From: Octopus bimaculoides
Lineage: Eukaryota
Direction of reading: 5' to 3'
Assembly (NCBI RefSeq): GCF_001194135.2
Contig: NC_068989.1
Location: 22,881,838 to 22,945,828 of the forward strand
Length of the DNA: 63,991 bases
Both the position numbers and the translations under genes were made by a program. Positions within the stretch are counted from its first letter, which is position 1; every line of letters starts with the position of its first letter. Under the pieces are notes generated by a model. The model was not told the origin of the DNA. It saw only the letters and a list, made by a program, of their open reading frames with translations, and did not search any database. Of this stretch, positions 49,911 to 63,991 are shown in pieces.

Positions 49911-50032
49911 ATGGCATGAAAGTACTGAGGTTATTGATAACTTTCTAGAAATGTTATTCAGTAGCCTTTCACATGAAATGTTATGTAAAACTCATTGCTT
50001 GAACTGTGGGTTTTCAAGTTGTTTTTGAAACA
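49911..50032. repeat. Arm 2 of a 122-bp inverted duplication
   Basis: Reverse complement of 49417-49538. Confidence 0.95.
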
Positions 50033-50625
50033 GTGAATTATCAATTTGTTGTACCACCAGACTCATTTCAATTTCATATTCTGTCTTGGAATTAATCTTA
50101 TGATGAGCTAGACTCTGGGTGCATGAGTGAGCATGGATCATCATCACACTCATCATCATTTTAATATCCACTTCTCTATACTTTCATGGCTTAGGAGGAA
50201 TTTATTGGGGTAGATTTTCTCAGGCCAAATCCCCTTCTTGTCGCTAACCCTCACCTGCTTCCAAGCAAAGTTATATTCTGTGAAGGCCTGACCAGAGAGG
50301 TTTTCAGAAATACTGGAAATGAATGACACTGCTTGTATGACAGTGATGTTCATTTACAACTGTCATGCAATGTCAAAAGAAGACACAAATATGTATATAT
50401 ATGCAAATATCATAGACTCTCCCGTTGTTAGATGAAAAGTTAACATGGAATCTTTAAAAAATCTCCCCAGTGAAGTTAACAAAGAACTTACTAGATCTAC
50501 AAACTAAACTAAAATTAACTTATATTTTATTATTAGAAAATTAAATTAATTAGAACTACCAGTGAAGTCATTCTTTTGCTTTTTCAAATACACCTAACGG
50601 TACCAAAGATTTCATACATTTTCCA

Positions 50626-50849
50626 ACCTTGGGCAAGTGTCTTCTACTATAGCCTCAGGCCGACCAAAGCCTTGTGAGTGGATTTGGTAGAAGGAAACTG
50701 AAAGAAGCCCGTCGTATATATGTATATATATATGTGTGTTTGTGTGTCTGTATTTGTCCCCCNNNNNNNNNNTCCTGGGGTCGATTTTCTCGACTAAAGG
50801 CGGTGCTCCAGCATGGCCACAGTCAAAATGACTGAAACAAGTAAAAGAG
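50626..50849 (+). mobile_element. SINE family A1, 5'-truncated, young
   Basis: Close match to 25670-26087. Confidence 0.75.
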
Positions 50850-53074
50850 GAAATATGCACACACGTACGCACGCACACACACACACACACACAAGTAGAC
50901 AGTGCAAGTTGATACTTTTCCTTTGCTTTTATGTATACCTACAATATCAATTCACTACTAGACCTCCTTGCACAATATGCATAGTTATAGCAACCAGCAT
51001 CAATTATTCAAAACAGCTGTAAAGATAAGACTTTATTACATCACGTAAATTTGTGTTTATGCAACTTTTCATATGAAAGAATTTCTTATGCCTGTTATTG
51101 TAGGTCTCTTTCTACTTTCATACTTTTAGCCAAGTTTCTACCTCTAGACTACCCAACCCTGATAAAGTTGAAGTTTAAGATACAAATTTCACTGAACACT
51201 ACTTGGTGAATATGTATACCACACTAACATAAGCATCTAATACATACATACATACATACATACATATCTATATATTTATATCATTATATGATCGAACGTC
51301 ACGCATCCTTTTCCAAGTAAGTTTTATCTTAATATTACCATGTGCTNNNNNNNNNNNNNNNNNNNNNNNNNNNNNNNNNNNNNNNNNNNNNNNNNNNNNN
51401 NNNNNNNNNNNNNNNNNNNNNNNNNNNNNNNNNNNNNNNNNNNNNNNNNNNNNNNNNNNNNNNNNNNNNNNNNNNNNNNNNNNNNNNNNNNNNNNNNNNN
51501 NNNNNNNNNNNNNNNNNNNNNNNNNNNNNNNNNNNNNNNNNNNNNNNNNNNNNNNNNNNNNNNNNNNNNNNNNNNNNNNNNNNNNNNNNNNNNNNNNNNN
51601 NNNNNNNNNNNNNNNNNNNNNNNNNNNNNNNNNNNNNNNNNNNNNNNNNNNNNNNNNNNNNNNNNNNNNNNNNNNNNNNNNNNNNNNNNNNNNNNNNNNN
51701 NNNNNNNNNNNNNNNNNNNNNNNNNNNNNNNNNNNNNNNNNNNNNNNNNNNNNNNNNNNNNNNNNNNNNNNNNNNNNNNNNNNNNNNNNNNNNNNNNNNN
51801 NNNNNNNNNNNNNNNNNNNNNNNNNNNNNNNNNNNNNNNNNNNNNNNNNNNNNNNNNNNNNNNNNNNNNNNNNNNNNNNNNNNNNNNNNNNNNNNNNNNN
51901 NNNNNNNNNNNNNNNNNNNNNNNNNNNNNNNNNNNNNNNNNNNNNNNNNNNNNNNNNNNNNNNNNNNNNNNNNNNNNNNNNNNNNNNNNNNNNNNNNNNN
52001 NNNNNNNNNNNNNNNNNNNNNNNNNNNNNNNNNNNNNNNNNNNNNNNNNNNNNNNNNNNNNNNNNNNNNNNNNNNNNNNNNNNNNNNNNNNNNNNNNNNN
52101 NNNNNNNNNNNNNNNNNNNNNNNNNNNNNNNNNNNNNNNNNNNNNNNNNNNNNNNNNNNNNNNNNNNNNNNNNNNNNNNNNNNNNNNNNNNNNNNNNNNN
52201 NNNNNNNNNNNNNNNNNNNNNNNNNNNNNNNNNNNNNNNNNNNNNNNNNNNNNNNNNNNNNNNNNNNNNNNNNNNNNNNNNATATAAGTAATTATAAGCA
52301 ATTATAAACAATGGCAAAAGAAACATAGATTTCTATGCCAATATGCTGAGAATAGACTTTAAATCGTCAATCACCACATACAATATACATCACTATGAAT
52401 ACACATCGTGCTGAAATCGAGGAAGGAAATCTAATAGAATTTTTTTTAAATGTGTTATCTCTATATTGAATCAATTTCAGGATTAATCCAATGGATATTT
52501 CCATCTTCATAAAGAATATGGTAAGAAATAAATGAAGTGCTTACAAGTACCCATGGAAAAAAGCAGAAGCAAGAGTCATGTGTACACATAAGCACCCCAG
52601 TTATATCTAAATATAAAATCTCTTAGCAACCCTCAGCACATGTGTGATCGGTCACGAACCACAACTTAGAGTAGTTACCAGTCCCAAAGTGAATGGTAGT
52701 AGATAAAAATAAATTATTTAGATGGGTACCATACAAGCACTCGGTTATAACTGGGCTCAGGCTAACCGCATCAAATTGTATGGATTACTTAGGATGAGTA
52801 ATCCAACGGTAATTCATCTGGTGGGTAAATCCTGGGTTTGCTTTGCTAGATTATGAGTATTTTACTGAGGGTATATCAAAAACAATTACAATTAAGAAAT
52901 TAATACATCTGTATATCGTTTATTTCTACAGCCAATTTTACAGTGTATTTGGTTTTAATTTCTATGCAGCAGAAACATACATCAGACAAATTTAAACTAA
53001 ATATGCCATAAAATTGACAGGAGAAAAAAAAATATGCAGATATATTAATCTCTGTCCTCATTGTAATTGTTTTA

Positions 53075-53440
53075 CATCATCATCATCGTTTAACGTCCGC
53101 TTTCCATGCTAGCATGGGTTGGACGATTTGACTGAGGACTGGTGAAACCGGATGGCAACACCAGGCTCCAATCTGATTTGGCAGAGTTTCTACAGCTGGA
53201 TGCCCTTCCTAACGCCAACCACTCAGAGAGTGTAGTGGGTGCTTTTATGTGTCACCCGCACGAAGGCCAGTCAGGCGGTACTGGCAACAGCCACACTCAA
53301 AATGGTATATTTTATGTGCTACCCGCACAAGAGCCAGTCCAGGGGCACTGGCAATGAGCTCGCTCAAAAATCCCACGAAGGCCAGTAAGGCAGTACTGGC
53401 AACGGCCATGCTCAAAATGGTGTATTTTATGTGCCACCCT
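53075..53440 (-). mobile_element. Young RTE 3' end with internal tandem sub-repeats
   Basis: First ~150 bp differ from 8543-8697 at about 1 position. Confidence 0.8.
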
Positions 53441-54114
53441 ACATATATAAAACCTTCTTTATTGGAACAGTGAATCTTGAAGCAGATAAAGCAACAAATA
53501 TCATGTAAACATTGGGTTAAAAACCCTACTCTCATCTTGATAACATTGAATGGTTGTAAATGAGCATCACCATCATACAAGCAATGTTGTTTTGTTTCAA
53601 GCCTTCCATGAAAAACATGTTTGGCTATGGGGAAATATTACCTTGCTTGGAAACAGGTGAAGGTTGGTGACAGAAAGAGCATCCAGCCACAGAAAATTTG
53701 CCTCCACAAATTCTATTTGGTCCATGTAAGCATGGAAAACTGAAGTATGATGATGTATATATAAGAGAGAAGGAAAAGCTAAGAGACAGATGCATACAAG
53801 CATAGAAAGATGAATAGCTAGAGAAATAGATGTTTTATGTACGCTGTGATCATATGTGTGTGTATGAATAAAGTTTTATACATGGTAAATGGTTAATTAA
53901 CTGAAACTGAGCAGTTCTAATCCTCCACCAACACTGATTCCTCTCCAGTAAATTACAAATCTATTTTCTGCAGTTAGGCTCTGCAGTATACTTTGACATC
54001 TATCCCTTCCAGGTAGTTGGAATTAGGAAACTTATCAATCACTTTTATGGAAATTGATATCAAAAATACCAAAATTAAAAACCAAGGATGAGAACCTGTG
54101 TAGCATAAATAAAT

Positions 54115-54147
<33 letters not shown>

Positions 54148-54396
54148 ACGAAAAAAAGAAAAAGAAAGAAAGAAAGACAAACATCATTGAATTACATGAA
54201 AAAAATTGTAAGTCTTTAAAACTGGTTAACTCGGGTTAATCATTTTCACAGATTGTGTTGTAAAATACATTTAATTAACTGTGCCATTTACAGCAGTGGT
54301 TCTTAACTTGCATGTCAGCGCCCCCTAGGTGGGTGTTGTAAGCTAATAAGAGACTGGCAAATGACAAAGGAGTGCAAGGTATTTAGAAAGATTATG

Positions 54397-54557
54397 AGAT
54401 TTTTCTAAGAAATAAAATATCTAAACCAAATGCAATTCTTGTATTTTAAAAGCAATTTAAAAAAAAAAAAACCTTTATCAGGACAAGATTTTCTAAGAAA
54501 TAAAATATCTAAACCAAATGCAATTCTTGTATATTAAAGCAATTTTTAAAAAAACCT
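54397..54557. repeat. Local tandem duplication (two ~72-78 bp units)
   Basis: ttttctaagaaataaaatatctaaaccaaatgcaattcttgtat occurs twice. Confidence 0.9.
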
Positions 54558-55268
54558 AGAATAGAAGTTGGACACTATGTTTATCAGTAAAAAAAAAACA
54601 TGACTCATGATGCGTCAAGATCCAATATGATTTCCTTATTTAAGTCTTTGCCTTATCTAGTAAGCTCCATAAATGAAATAACATAGCACTAGTCTATGCA
54701 AATATCTAAACAGCGACACATGTTGGATTAGATGGTATTTTAGTATGGTGGTTATATATATTCTTCATCAGTAGTTCACAATATTAGGTAGACTGCATTT
54801 ATTTGAGTTTTTGAACATCTTTATTAAACCACATAATTTATATTTACACGTCATCATCATCATTTAACATCTGTTTTCCATGCTGGCATGGATTGGACAA
54901 GAGCTGGCCAGGCTGAAGACTGCACCAGACTTATGTCTGTTTTGGCATGGTTTCTATTGCTGGATGCCCTTCCTAATACCAACCACCTTGCAGAGTAGGT
55001 ACATATAAATAATTCAATGACAGCATCTATGAAACAACAATCATAGTAGTTAGGAATCTTCTGTAATACAACAATGCCAGATAATATTATGAAGGTAGAG
55101 CATAGTTATTGAAGATGAAATTAATAGAAGAAATTAAAACTACTATATATAGTACTTAAAACATCACTTATGAAATACCATTTGGTGGAATACCATTTGG
55201 TGGAAAGGGTGAAGTGAGCTAAAAAAAAGATTAAGAACAATAGATTTACAGCATATACATATATACAC

Positions 55269-55680
55269 ACACATACATACATACATATGTAGAGGCGCAA
55301 TGGCCTAGTTGTTAGGGGAGGAGACTCACGGTCATAGGCTCACGGTTTCAATTCCCAGACCGCGCATTGTGAGTGTCTATTGAGTGAAAACACCTAAAGC
55401 TCTACGAGGCTCCGGCAGGGGGGTTGATAGTAAACTCTACCATACTCTTTTACCACTCGTTTTTTTCTCACTCTTTCTTCCTGTTTCTGTTGTACCTGTA
55501 TTTCAAAGGGCCAGCTTTGTCACATTCTCTGTCACGCTGAATTTCCCCGAAAACTACATTAAAGGTACACGTGTCTGTGGAGTGCTCAGCAACTTGCATG
55601 CTTATTACACAAGCAAGCTGTTCTTTTAATCGGATTAACTGGAACCCTCATCATCGTAACCAACGGAGTACCATGACAAT
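55269..55680 (+). mobile_element. SINE family B, older copy
   Basis: Diverged but colinear with other B copies. Confidence 0.75.
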
Positions 55681-57047
55681 GACATACGTATATATACATA
55701 CATATACTCATATACATAAAAACACATATATATATATATACACACACACACATATAAACATATATATACACACAAACATATGAACATATATATACACACA
55801 AATATAAACATATATATATATACACACAAACACACATATACACACAAACACACACACACATATATATATNNNNNNNNNNNNNNNNNNNNNNNNNNNNNNN
55901 NNNNNNNNNNNNNNNNNNNNNNNNNNNNNNNNNNNNNNNNNNNNNNNNNNNNNNNNNNNNNNNNNNNNNNNNNNNNNNNNNNNNNNNNNNNNNNNNNNNN
56001 NNNNNNNNNNNNNNNNNNNNNNNNNNNNNNNNNNNNNNNNNNNNNNNNNNNNNNNNNNNNNNNNNNNNNNNNNNNNNNNNNNNNNNNNNNNNNNNNNNNN
56101 NNNNNNNNNNNNNNNNNNNNNNNNNNNNNNNNNNNNNNNNNNNNNNNNNNNNNNNNNNNNNNNNNNNNNNNNNNNNNNNNNNNNNNNNNNNNNNNNNNNN
56201 NNNNNNNNNNNNNNNNNNNNNNNNNNNNNNNNNNNNNNNNNNNNNNNNNNNNNNNNNNNNNGGGGGGGGGGGGGGTTGTATGACAAGCTTCTTCCAGTTT
56301 CCAACTAACAAATCAAATCACAAAGCATTGGTTGGCCAATGGCTGTAAGAGATCCCACTTGATCCCATGGTTGCAAAGCAAAGTTTTTAAGTTCACAGTA
56401 ATGTTTACATTTATCACATGCATGCATTAAATGGTTATTAGAGTAGCACAATCATGTATGTGTGTGAGAGAGAAATATGGAACTGGGAGAGAGAGGGAGA
56501 GAGAGAGTATGTAGGTAATAAATAGACATATATATATATAAGATGTTTAAGATAGATAAACAAATATATTACTTTTATCTGTATTCTTCTACTCATGAAT
56601 ATAACGATGATAGATTTAAAAACTACATGATGACAGATCCTAAATAAATGTCTAGACAAGGTATTTGCTTGTGATCTGTCATCACATAGTTTTTTTTTTA
56701 AATTGTCAACATATATTACCTTAATCTATTTGCTTTCAAGCCAACTATATATCTATTTATGTATCTGTTACCTATCCTATAGCATCTAACACAGAATAAA
56801 TATCTGAATGCTAAAACTTCTTTACTTGTAATACCAATAACAATTAAGTGGAGGAACATGAAACAGTGCTGAATGAAATATGTGCGCACAATCATATTTA
56901 ACACACTAGACAAAATATTTAACAGACAAAATAGTCTGCGAAAATAGTCATAGAAGATTTTCCTTAGAAACAATTTGTGTGAAAACAAATCATTGGGCTA
57001 AGAATGGTTGTTCTTATATGTAAAACACAAAGGTCAGTCATTTCACT

Positions 57048-57410
57048 CATCATCATCGTTTAACGTCCACTTTCTATGCTGGCATGGGTTGGACAGTTTG
57101 ACTGAAAACTGGTTCCAATCTGATTTGCAATTTTCCTATGGCTGGATGCCCTTCTTAATGCCAACCGAGAGTGTAGTGGGTGCTTTTTACATGTCACCAG
57201 CATGGGTGCCATTGACCTGACACCAGCATCGGCCACAACTATGGTCTCACTTGGTTTGACAGGCCAACACAAGCTTTGTATATCGCCAAAGGTCTTGGTC
57301 ACCTGTCATTGCCTCCATGTGATCCAATGCTTGAATGGTGCTTTTTATGTGCCACCAGCACAGGTGCCAGTCAGACGGCACTGGCATCAGCTATGACTAC
57401 AATTTCAATG
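57048..57410 (-). mobile_element. RTE 3' end fragment
   Basis: Homologous to 47233-47700. Confidence 0.7.
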
Positions 57411-58896
57411 AATGTGGTGAATGTGGTTTTAGTTAATTTCAGCTTGACCAGAGAGAGAGAGAGAGAGAAAGGGAGAGAGATTCAAACAAATGCTATTGAT
57501 ATATATACACTCTCATACATACAAATATGCATAGATGACAATTAGTTGTGAACGTGTGAGCACACACATGCATGCATGTAAGAGATTGAAGTGTATATGT
57601 GCACATGCCATTAGCATATATATGTGAGTGTGTGTAAATGTGCACACAGATACAGAATTTTTCCAACTATTTATTATATTGACAACTGCGTTCCTAAAGA
57701 TGTGTAACAGTATATCTTGGATACAGCTGTTACCAACTACATAATATCCAATGCTTCTGAAATTATTTTATTACTGAGACAGTATTTGGGGAGTTACAGT
57801 AAGGCAATAATGATAGAGCACAATAGCAAGAACCGAATCAAGAGAGGCAGAGAAGATATAGGGAAAGAGAGAGGAAAAGGCAAAGAGAAGAAATCAGAAT
57901 TAAAAATAAAGAGAGGAGAATCAGGAACAACAAGAAGCATTAACTTAGGAGAAAAGAAATTAAATTAATGCAAGAAATGGAGCTAGAAGGTGTCATATGA
58001 TGAATGACCAAGCTGAAGCTAATGGGGAAAGAATAATAATTGTTACTCAAGAAAGAAGGCGAATTATAAATGATGATGATAGACAAGAATGTTTCGTACA
58101 AGTGAAAATTGAGAAAACAGGCTAGGAGAGAATAGACAAGATTTCCAGGAAATTAATCAAAGGATTCTGAAGGAAATGACACAATATTATTACTGAATGG
58201 AGAGATGTTTATGGCTAACACTGTAGAACAAAATGGACTGTGAAATTTCCATGAGGACTGTTAATTACAAATAAATTTTTCAACCGTAAGTCAAACTGCA
58301 GATTATATGTAATCTATAAATTCTGATTTACATTTAAGTGTCAATAAATCAATATGTTATTTCATTATGTGCTTCGATGAAAAATATTAAAACTGCAATA
58401 AAAATTCTGCCTTTTCTTTGCCTAGGATGTTTTCAATCAATTTGTTTTCCAATCAATTTAGACAATATATTTGCGACCAATATGTTTTTAACAAATTCAT
58501 TTATCAAATGTTCCCTGACCCATTCAGATATTGTTCTGAGTAACCTATACCAGTATTCAATGGATTATACAACTCACAGAGAAAAAGCAGCATTTTACAT
58601 ACAATTCATCTCTATTACTATTTTGATATTTGATATGAATTACAATATTTTTATCGCTTTCACATTATTTAAACAGGTTTAAGTTGAGTCAATAATGTCA
58701 ATAAAATCATTATCACTCACCCATATCTCAATAATCATTTTAATTCTTTTGTTGCCATATTTCTGTTGAAATACACAGCTTTTGTTTAAATTAATTTTTA
58801 AAATAATAGAGAATTTAGTAAAATAACTTTGTCATTATTTAGCTGGTGTTTGGAACATAAACTAGCATGGAATTTTGATGGAAGGTTTTAATTTAA

Positions 58897-59114
58897 ACCT
58901 TTAGCATTCAAATTACTCTGTCAAATATAATGCTTTTATATTCAAATTGTTTTGAATTAATCATGCATTCCCTTATAGTTTTGAGGTTTCAGTTATGTGA
59001 TTGATTATTTTTAGAATGTTAGTGTAGGTTAGGGGTGAGAGGCTAGATATGGCCATTTTGAATATAAAACATAGAATATTTGGGCTAGATATGGTCAGTT
59101 TAAATGCTAAAGGG
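58897..59114. mobile_element. TTAA-type (piggyBac-like) MITE, complete
   Basis: TTAA-acctttagcatt ... aatgctaaaggg-TTAA; no ORF. Confidence 0.7.
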
Positions 59115-60031
59115 TTAAATCACATTAAAATAAGAAGTTTGTATCATAGAACTAGGGATGGTCTCAAGCAAGTTGGTGTAAAAAAACCTCTAATCCTGAT
59201 GCTGAGTCAGAAGAGAAAGATCAGTGCTTGTGATCTTTTGTAAAGTCTCAAAGACTGGTAATGAAAAGGGAGGCAGTCCTTGATATACTCAGACCAGAAA
59301 CCTGTTCCAAATGCTTGCAAAAGAGTCAAATAAAGGTAACAAAAGGCCAGATACTTGCATTTAACCAGGCAACAGGTTTAAGTTTACAACCCAAGAACAG
59401 GTGTACTCAATGTAATGAATGTCTACAGAGTTTCTTTCAACCCAATTTTTTATCATAACACTACAGTAAAAGTTTTATAATACTACACAATACGGTGGTG
59501 GTGGTGGTGGTGGTAAAAACTAACAAAACAATAATGTAGAATTTTTAAATTTTGAAGTGAAACATTAAGAGAAAAAAAATTTTAAGAAACAAATAGCAAT
59601 ATTTTGTGTCACCAATTATTACACCCATGACTTCAAATGGTAGAGAAACCAATAAATTCCTTGGAATGGCATTAACCAAGCAAGAATCAATGAACATATC
59701 TCCTGTCATATCATATTGTCCTTTAGTTTTTTGGCGGCGGTGGTGGTGGTGGTGGTGGGGGTAGGGGTATTCAGCTTTTTTTTTCTTTCCTTTTCTGTCT
59801 TGTAAGATTAGAACAAGAGCTAATAGTTTCATGTAGAAAGGTGGATAGGAAGAAGGAGGATGGGAAGAAGGAAAAGGAGGAGGAGGAGGAGGAGTCAGTC
59901 TGTGGGAGTTTGTTGTTTTATATCAGAATTTTACATGAAAGAGTGTTCTTTGATGGATCTGTTTACAGATAATATGCACTGCATTACATCTCAGTCTCTC
60001 TACTTTAATATCTCCACACTGGATAATATGT

Positions 60032-60126
<95 letters not shown>

Positions 60127-60950
60127 TGCAGTCAACATTAATGTTTCTCATAATGTGACAGATATGGTAGAGCATTAAACTAAATATGCATTATTGTAGT
60201 ACTAAGTCTGACCTACTATACTCAGACTTCTATCATGTAGCTTAAGAAGTGTTCTTTGCAGCCACTTGATTCTAGGTTCAGTTTCATTATGCATGTACTT
60301 AAGATAAAGGTAGAAAAGCATAAATTTCGCATATAGTTCATACTTTAAATGTGCTCAACAGCTGTTTCCTTAGGATAAACATCATCAATTCCATAATTAC
60401 ATAAGTGTGAAAGTTTTGTTTACCCAAATCATCAGGAGTATTATGTGCCATGTTAATCAGAAAGAAAACTGTTAGAGTTAAATGACTGGAGCAAAGTATG
60501 GTTGAATTTTGGGATCTTGGAAAGAGAATGCAAATCCTTAATTCATATACAACAAATGATCACGATATCTGGGACTATAAAAATTTGCAAGATCATCTAA
60601 AGAGCTAAAGGATGATGGTTAAATCAAGATACATTCCTTCTAAACCTTGCTACCAAGTAAGGTGGCCAGTCAAAATTTATTCTAAAATTAAAGAGACAGG
60701 CAGGTGGGCAGGCAGGTAGACAGACATATTGAACTCTCTCAAGAACTTAAACTCAAAGGAAAATCATACATATATTTGTATATCAGCAAAAACAAACATG
60801 GCAAAAAAAACAAAAAAACTGGTGTCTTTCAAACAAAGCCAAGCAAGTTCCAGACATTAGTGTCACCATCCTAAATGCAGTGAACCAGTGATTAGTCCAC
60901 TGTAAACCTTTAACCTCTGACCAATGGTGCTATTGCTCATAACTGCAGCC

Positions 60951-61350
60951 TTTTATGTTACTTGTTTCAGTCACTGGACTATGTCCATGTTGGGGTACCA
61001 TATTCAAGGGTTTAGTCAAATAAATCAATTAAAACCTAGTACTTATTCTATCAGTCTCTTCTGCTGAACCACTAAGTTATCATGACATAAACAAACCAAC
61101 CTTGGTTGTCAAGCAGTGGTGGAGGTCAAACGAAGATCACACACACACAATGTATGTATGTATATATGTATGTATGCATGCATGTATGTACAACAGGCTT
61201 CTTTCAGTTTCTGACCACCAAATCTATTCACAAGGCTTTGGTCAGCCCAGGGCTATAGTAGGAGGCACTTGCCCCAAATGCTGCACAATGAAACTGCACC
61301 CAAAACCTCATCATTAAGCAAGCTTAATAAACACTCAGCCACACCTATAC
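60951..61350 (-). mobile_element. SINE family A1, older copy
   Basis: cttgtttcagtca...catgttggggtacc tail at the left; CORE-like head at the right. Confidence 0.7.
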
Positions 61351-61353
61351 CTG

Positions 61354-61395
<42 letters not shown>

Positions 61396-61413
61396 GAGAG
61401 AGANNNNNNNNNN

Positions 61414-61447
<34 letters not shown>

Positions 61448-62125
61448 GGGGGGGGGAACTGTCATAATGGACTTTGCGTCTTATCCGCTCCAAGGGCACT
61501 AATACAAGTTTTTACACTTGGCAAAACTGTACAACAGAAATGAAATGGGACTGAGAAAATATTGTTCAACAGAGGCATGGCAAGCCATAGTAATTTAACA
61601 GCTCCCAGAAAATCACAGCTTAATCACAGAAAACAATCTTATACATCAACATCTTCTAGTCTTGTACAAAATGCTGTTAAAAATCCTCAAATGTGGCAAG
61701 TTGGTAGAATCATGAGAGCATACAGCAAAATATCTTACCACTTCAGTTCTCTGCATTCCAATCTCTGAGGTCTTTTTGTTTTTGTTTTTTTGTTCATCCT
61801 TTTGAGATTGTTTGACAAAAAAGGCATTGGACGGGCAAAACTGATAGAGAATCAAATAAAAAGTCTGGTGGCATTTATTCTGTGTTTTTAAGTAGTAGAC
61901 AATCTACCATCTGGTTTAACCCCACTGAAGCTCATTCCGTCTCAGGCATTCAGAAGTGGGGACAACTTCCTCTTCTCCTACCAGTCTTAGAAACCCAGAA
62001 AAAAATTAATTAAGGGTCATAGGCACTGCCCTTTAGTAAAAATAAATTCAGATGGCAAAAAAGTCATGACTAAATAGCGTGAGATATTTTGTTCAATGCG
62101 CATTAACCATTATTAGCGGTTGTTG

Positions 62126-62350
62126 AAAGCAGCAAACTGGCAGAATAGTTAGCACACCAGAAAAAATACTTAGTAATATTTCATCTGTCATTACATTGTG
62201 AGTTCAAATTACACAGAGGTGGACTTTGCCTTTCATCATTTTTTTCGGGGGGGGGGAAATAAATTATGTACCAGTTACACACTGGGGTCAATGTAATCAA
62301 CTAACCCCTACTCCCCAAATTTCAGACCTTGTACCTATAGTAGAAAGGAT
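62126..62350 (+). mobile_element. SINE family D copy
   Basis: aaagcagcaaactggcagaat...gagttcaaatt...ctttgcctttcatc. Confidence 0.7.
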
Positions 62351-63798
62351 TATTTGTTGTTGAGAAATCAAACAAGTTTATATTCTCCAATATTGGTACT
62401 GCATAGCTACTAAAACATCAGTGGAAACTTTTGCCAACATAAGTGCTGTGCATAAAAAATTAACCACACTGACAATGAATTATTGGTTATGCAAATTGGA
62501 TAGACAATGTCATCAGAGTCTTGGTTTATGCTTAATAAATATAATAATAAGTTCAATATCTTTGTAGACTGAAAATTCTGATGGCTCCCCAAGTAGAAAT
62601 GTGTTCTTAGGGAGTAGACACAAGTCATCAAAATCCCTATATTTATCTCTGTGGAAAGACATAAAAATTTTTTAATGTTTTGTGATGAAGCTCATTGTTT
62701 AAACTGTATGCATACCTACATTGAAACTTTCAGGTTATCTAATATACACTGTGTTGTGCATAAAATAGTACATAGTAAAATATACACATGTGTGTGCAGG
62801 AAATTAAGAATAGTCAATAAAGATATATGAATATACATTTACATACAGAGACTGCACACTAATGCAGTCTACATCTGCACAGGAAAAAGTGATGATGATG
62901 ATGATGATCAACATTACACACACACACACACACACAAACACTCACACACAAACACTCACACTCACACGCACACGCACACATACAAATGCTCTTTCTCACA
63001 CACACACACCCACACACGTGCATTACAAATTAATTTTAGGCTTTATCTATAATTATTATTCATTCTATTTTGCATTGTCTTTTTGCTATTGCTTTGTTTT
63101 CAAAAGGTGGGGGTAAGCAGAATTTTTTTCACTTCATTTATTATTGCAACACACAAACACACACAGAGCTAGCAGGGAGCGGAGATTAAGATACCTGAAT
63201 ATGGTTAATTAAAAAGAATTAGGGATGCATAAGGAGGCAAGGTGTATTTAAAATATCTCCCTATTTAACTATGTTAATCATTAGCCCTCTCCAGTCAAAC
63301 GACAGCTTTCATTTAAAACAGATGTCAATACACAAACCAGATTAACAACAGCATCAACTATAAAGCTAACAAGAACAACAGCAGCAGCAACACAAACCAG
63401 GTTAGATGTGTATAAAGTATAAAAACCTAAGAAATGAAGATCTAAAGACAGCAACAACGAACTAATTGACTCTTGCTGGAATTGATCAAGCTAAAGTAGA
63501 GAAGCTTAGCAACATCTGGTATGAATAGCGTTAGCATTTAACAGTGTGATGAGATGAGAAACCTTACACTCTACACCCAGCATGGCACCACAATATTGAT
63601 TTCAGATGCTCTTAACTATGAGTCAACTATGAGAAGAAATCTAGGGAAATCTCACTGTAAGTTACACAAAATTTGGCAGGGAGTGTTGCTGGCAAATTAA
63701 TTTGGCACAATAATAATACACAGACAGGAGCATTGATACATGAGTGTCTATCTATCTATATATCTATTTCCGTATACACACACACACACACATTGTTA

Positions 63799-63834
<36 letters not shown>

Positions 63835-63991
63835 GCAATGTTAATTCTCTAAATGAAGTATTAACAGTAACTGCATGATAAAGTGTAGTATATTGCCACT
63901 TAAGTGTGGCTGACCCCTAGGGGTGGATGTTACTGTTGCTTTTAGCCCCAGGAGGACATCTCCTCCAGCTGGCTTATCGACACACGACTGT

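Noticed and set aside
52481-52520. 40-nt plus-strand exon-like segment (ttcag ... gtaaga; INPMDISIFIKNM)
   Set aside because: Isolated, with no partner exons on that strand; expected by chance in AT-rich DNA
4448-56311. Long ORFs in the track made of X runs or YI/CV/ER/HT repeats
   Set aside because: Artefacts of N gaps and dinucleotide microsatellites
57790-58260. Purine-rich stretch that might be an old LINE ORF
   Set aside because: No diagnostic motif could be read
59545-59832. ORF containing DSCLVNAIPRNL, faintly like the human KIAA0825 N-terminus
   Set aside because: Similarity too weak, flanked by low-complexity sequence, no usable splice donor

Overview
AT-rich, repeat-dense animal genomic DNA with many N gaps, most of them next to microsatellites. 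The repeat families look cephalopod (Octopus-like short-read assembly; inference). One protein-coding gene is supported: a minus-strand KIAA0825 (DUF4495) orthologue. I rebuilt 11 GT-AG exons by hand (44944 down to 1316; 2250 nt, about 750 codons) with consistent phases. The N-terminal exon and the 3' exons are not found in the window. The rest is intron or upstream sequence holding RTE, CR1-group, R4/Dong-like and Penelope-like retroelement remnants, three tRNA-head SINE families, a DD37D (maT) mariner remnant and hAT- and piggyBac-type MITEs. Best leads: (1) one SINE head joined to two different 3' tails, each matching a different LINE present in the window; (2) degenerate minimal hammerhead ribozymes; (3) a 64-nt frameshifting candidate poison exon; (4) a near-perfect 122-bp inverted duplication; (5) inverted repeat pairs bracketing exons. 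No CRISPR, rRNA or true tRNA gene is seen, and I cannot claim a wholly new system. Homology calls come from recalled motifs, not database searches.
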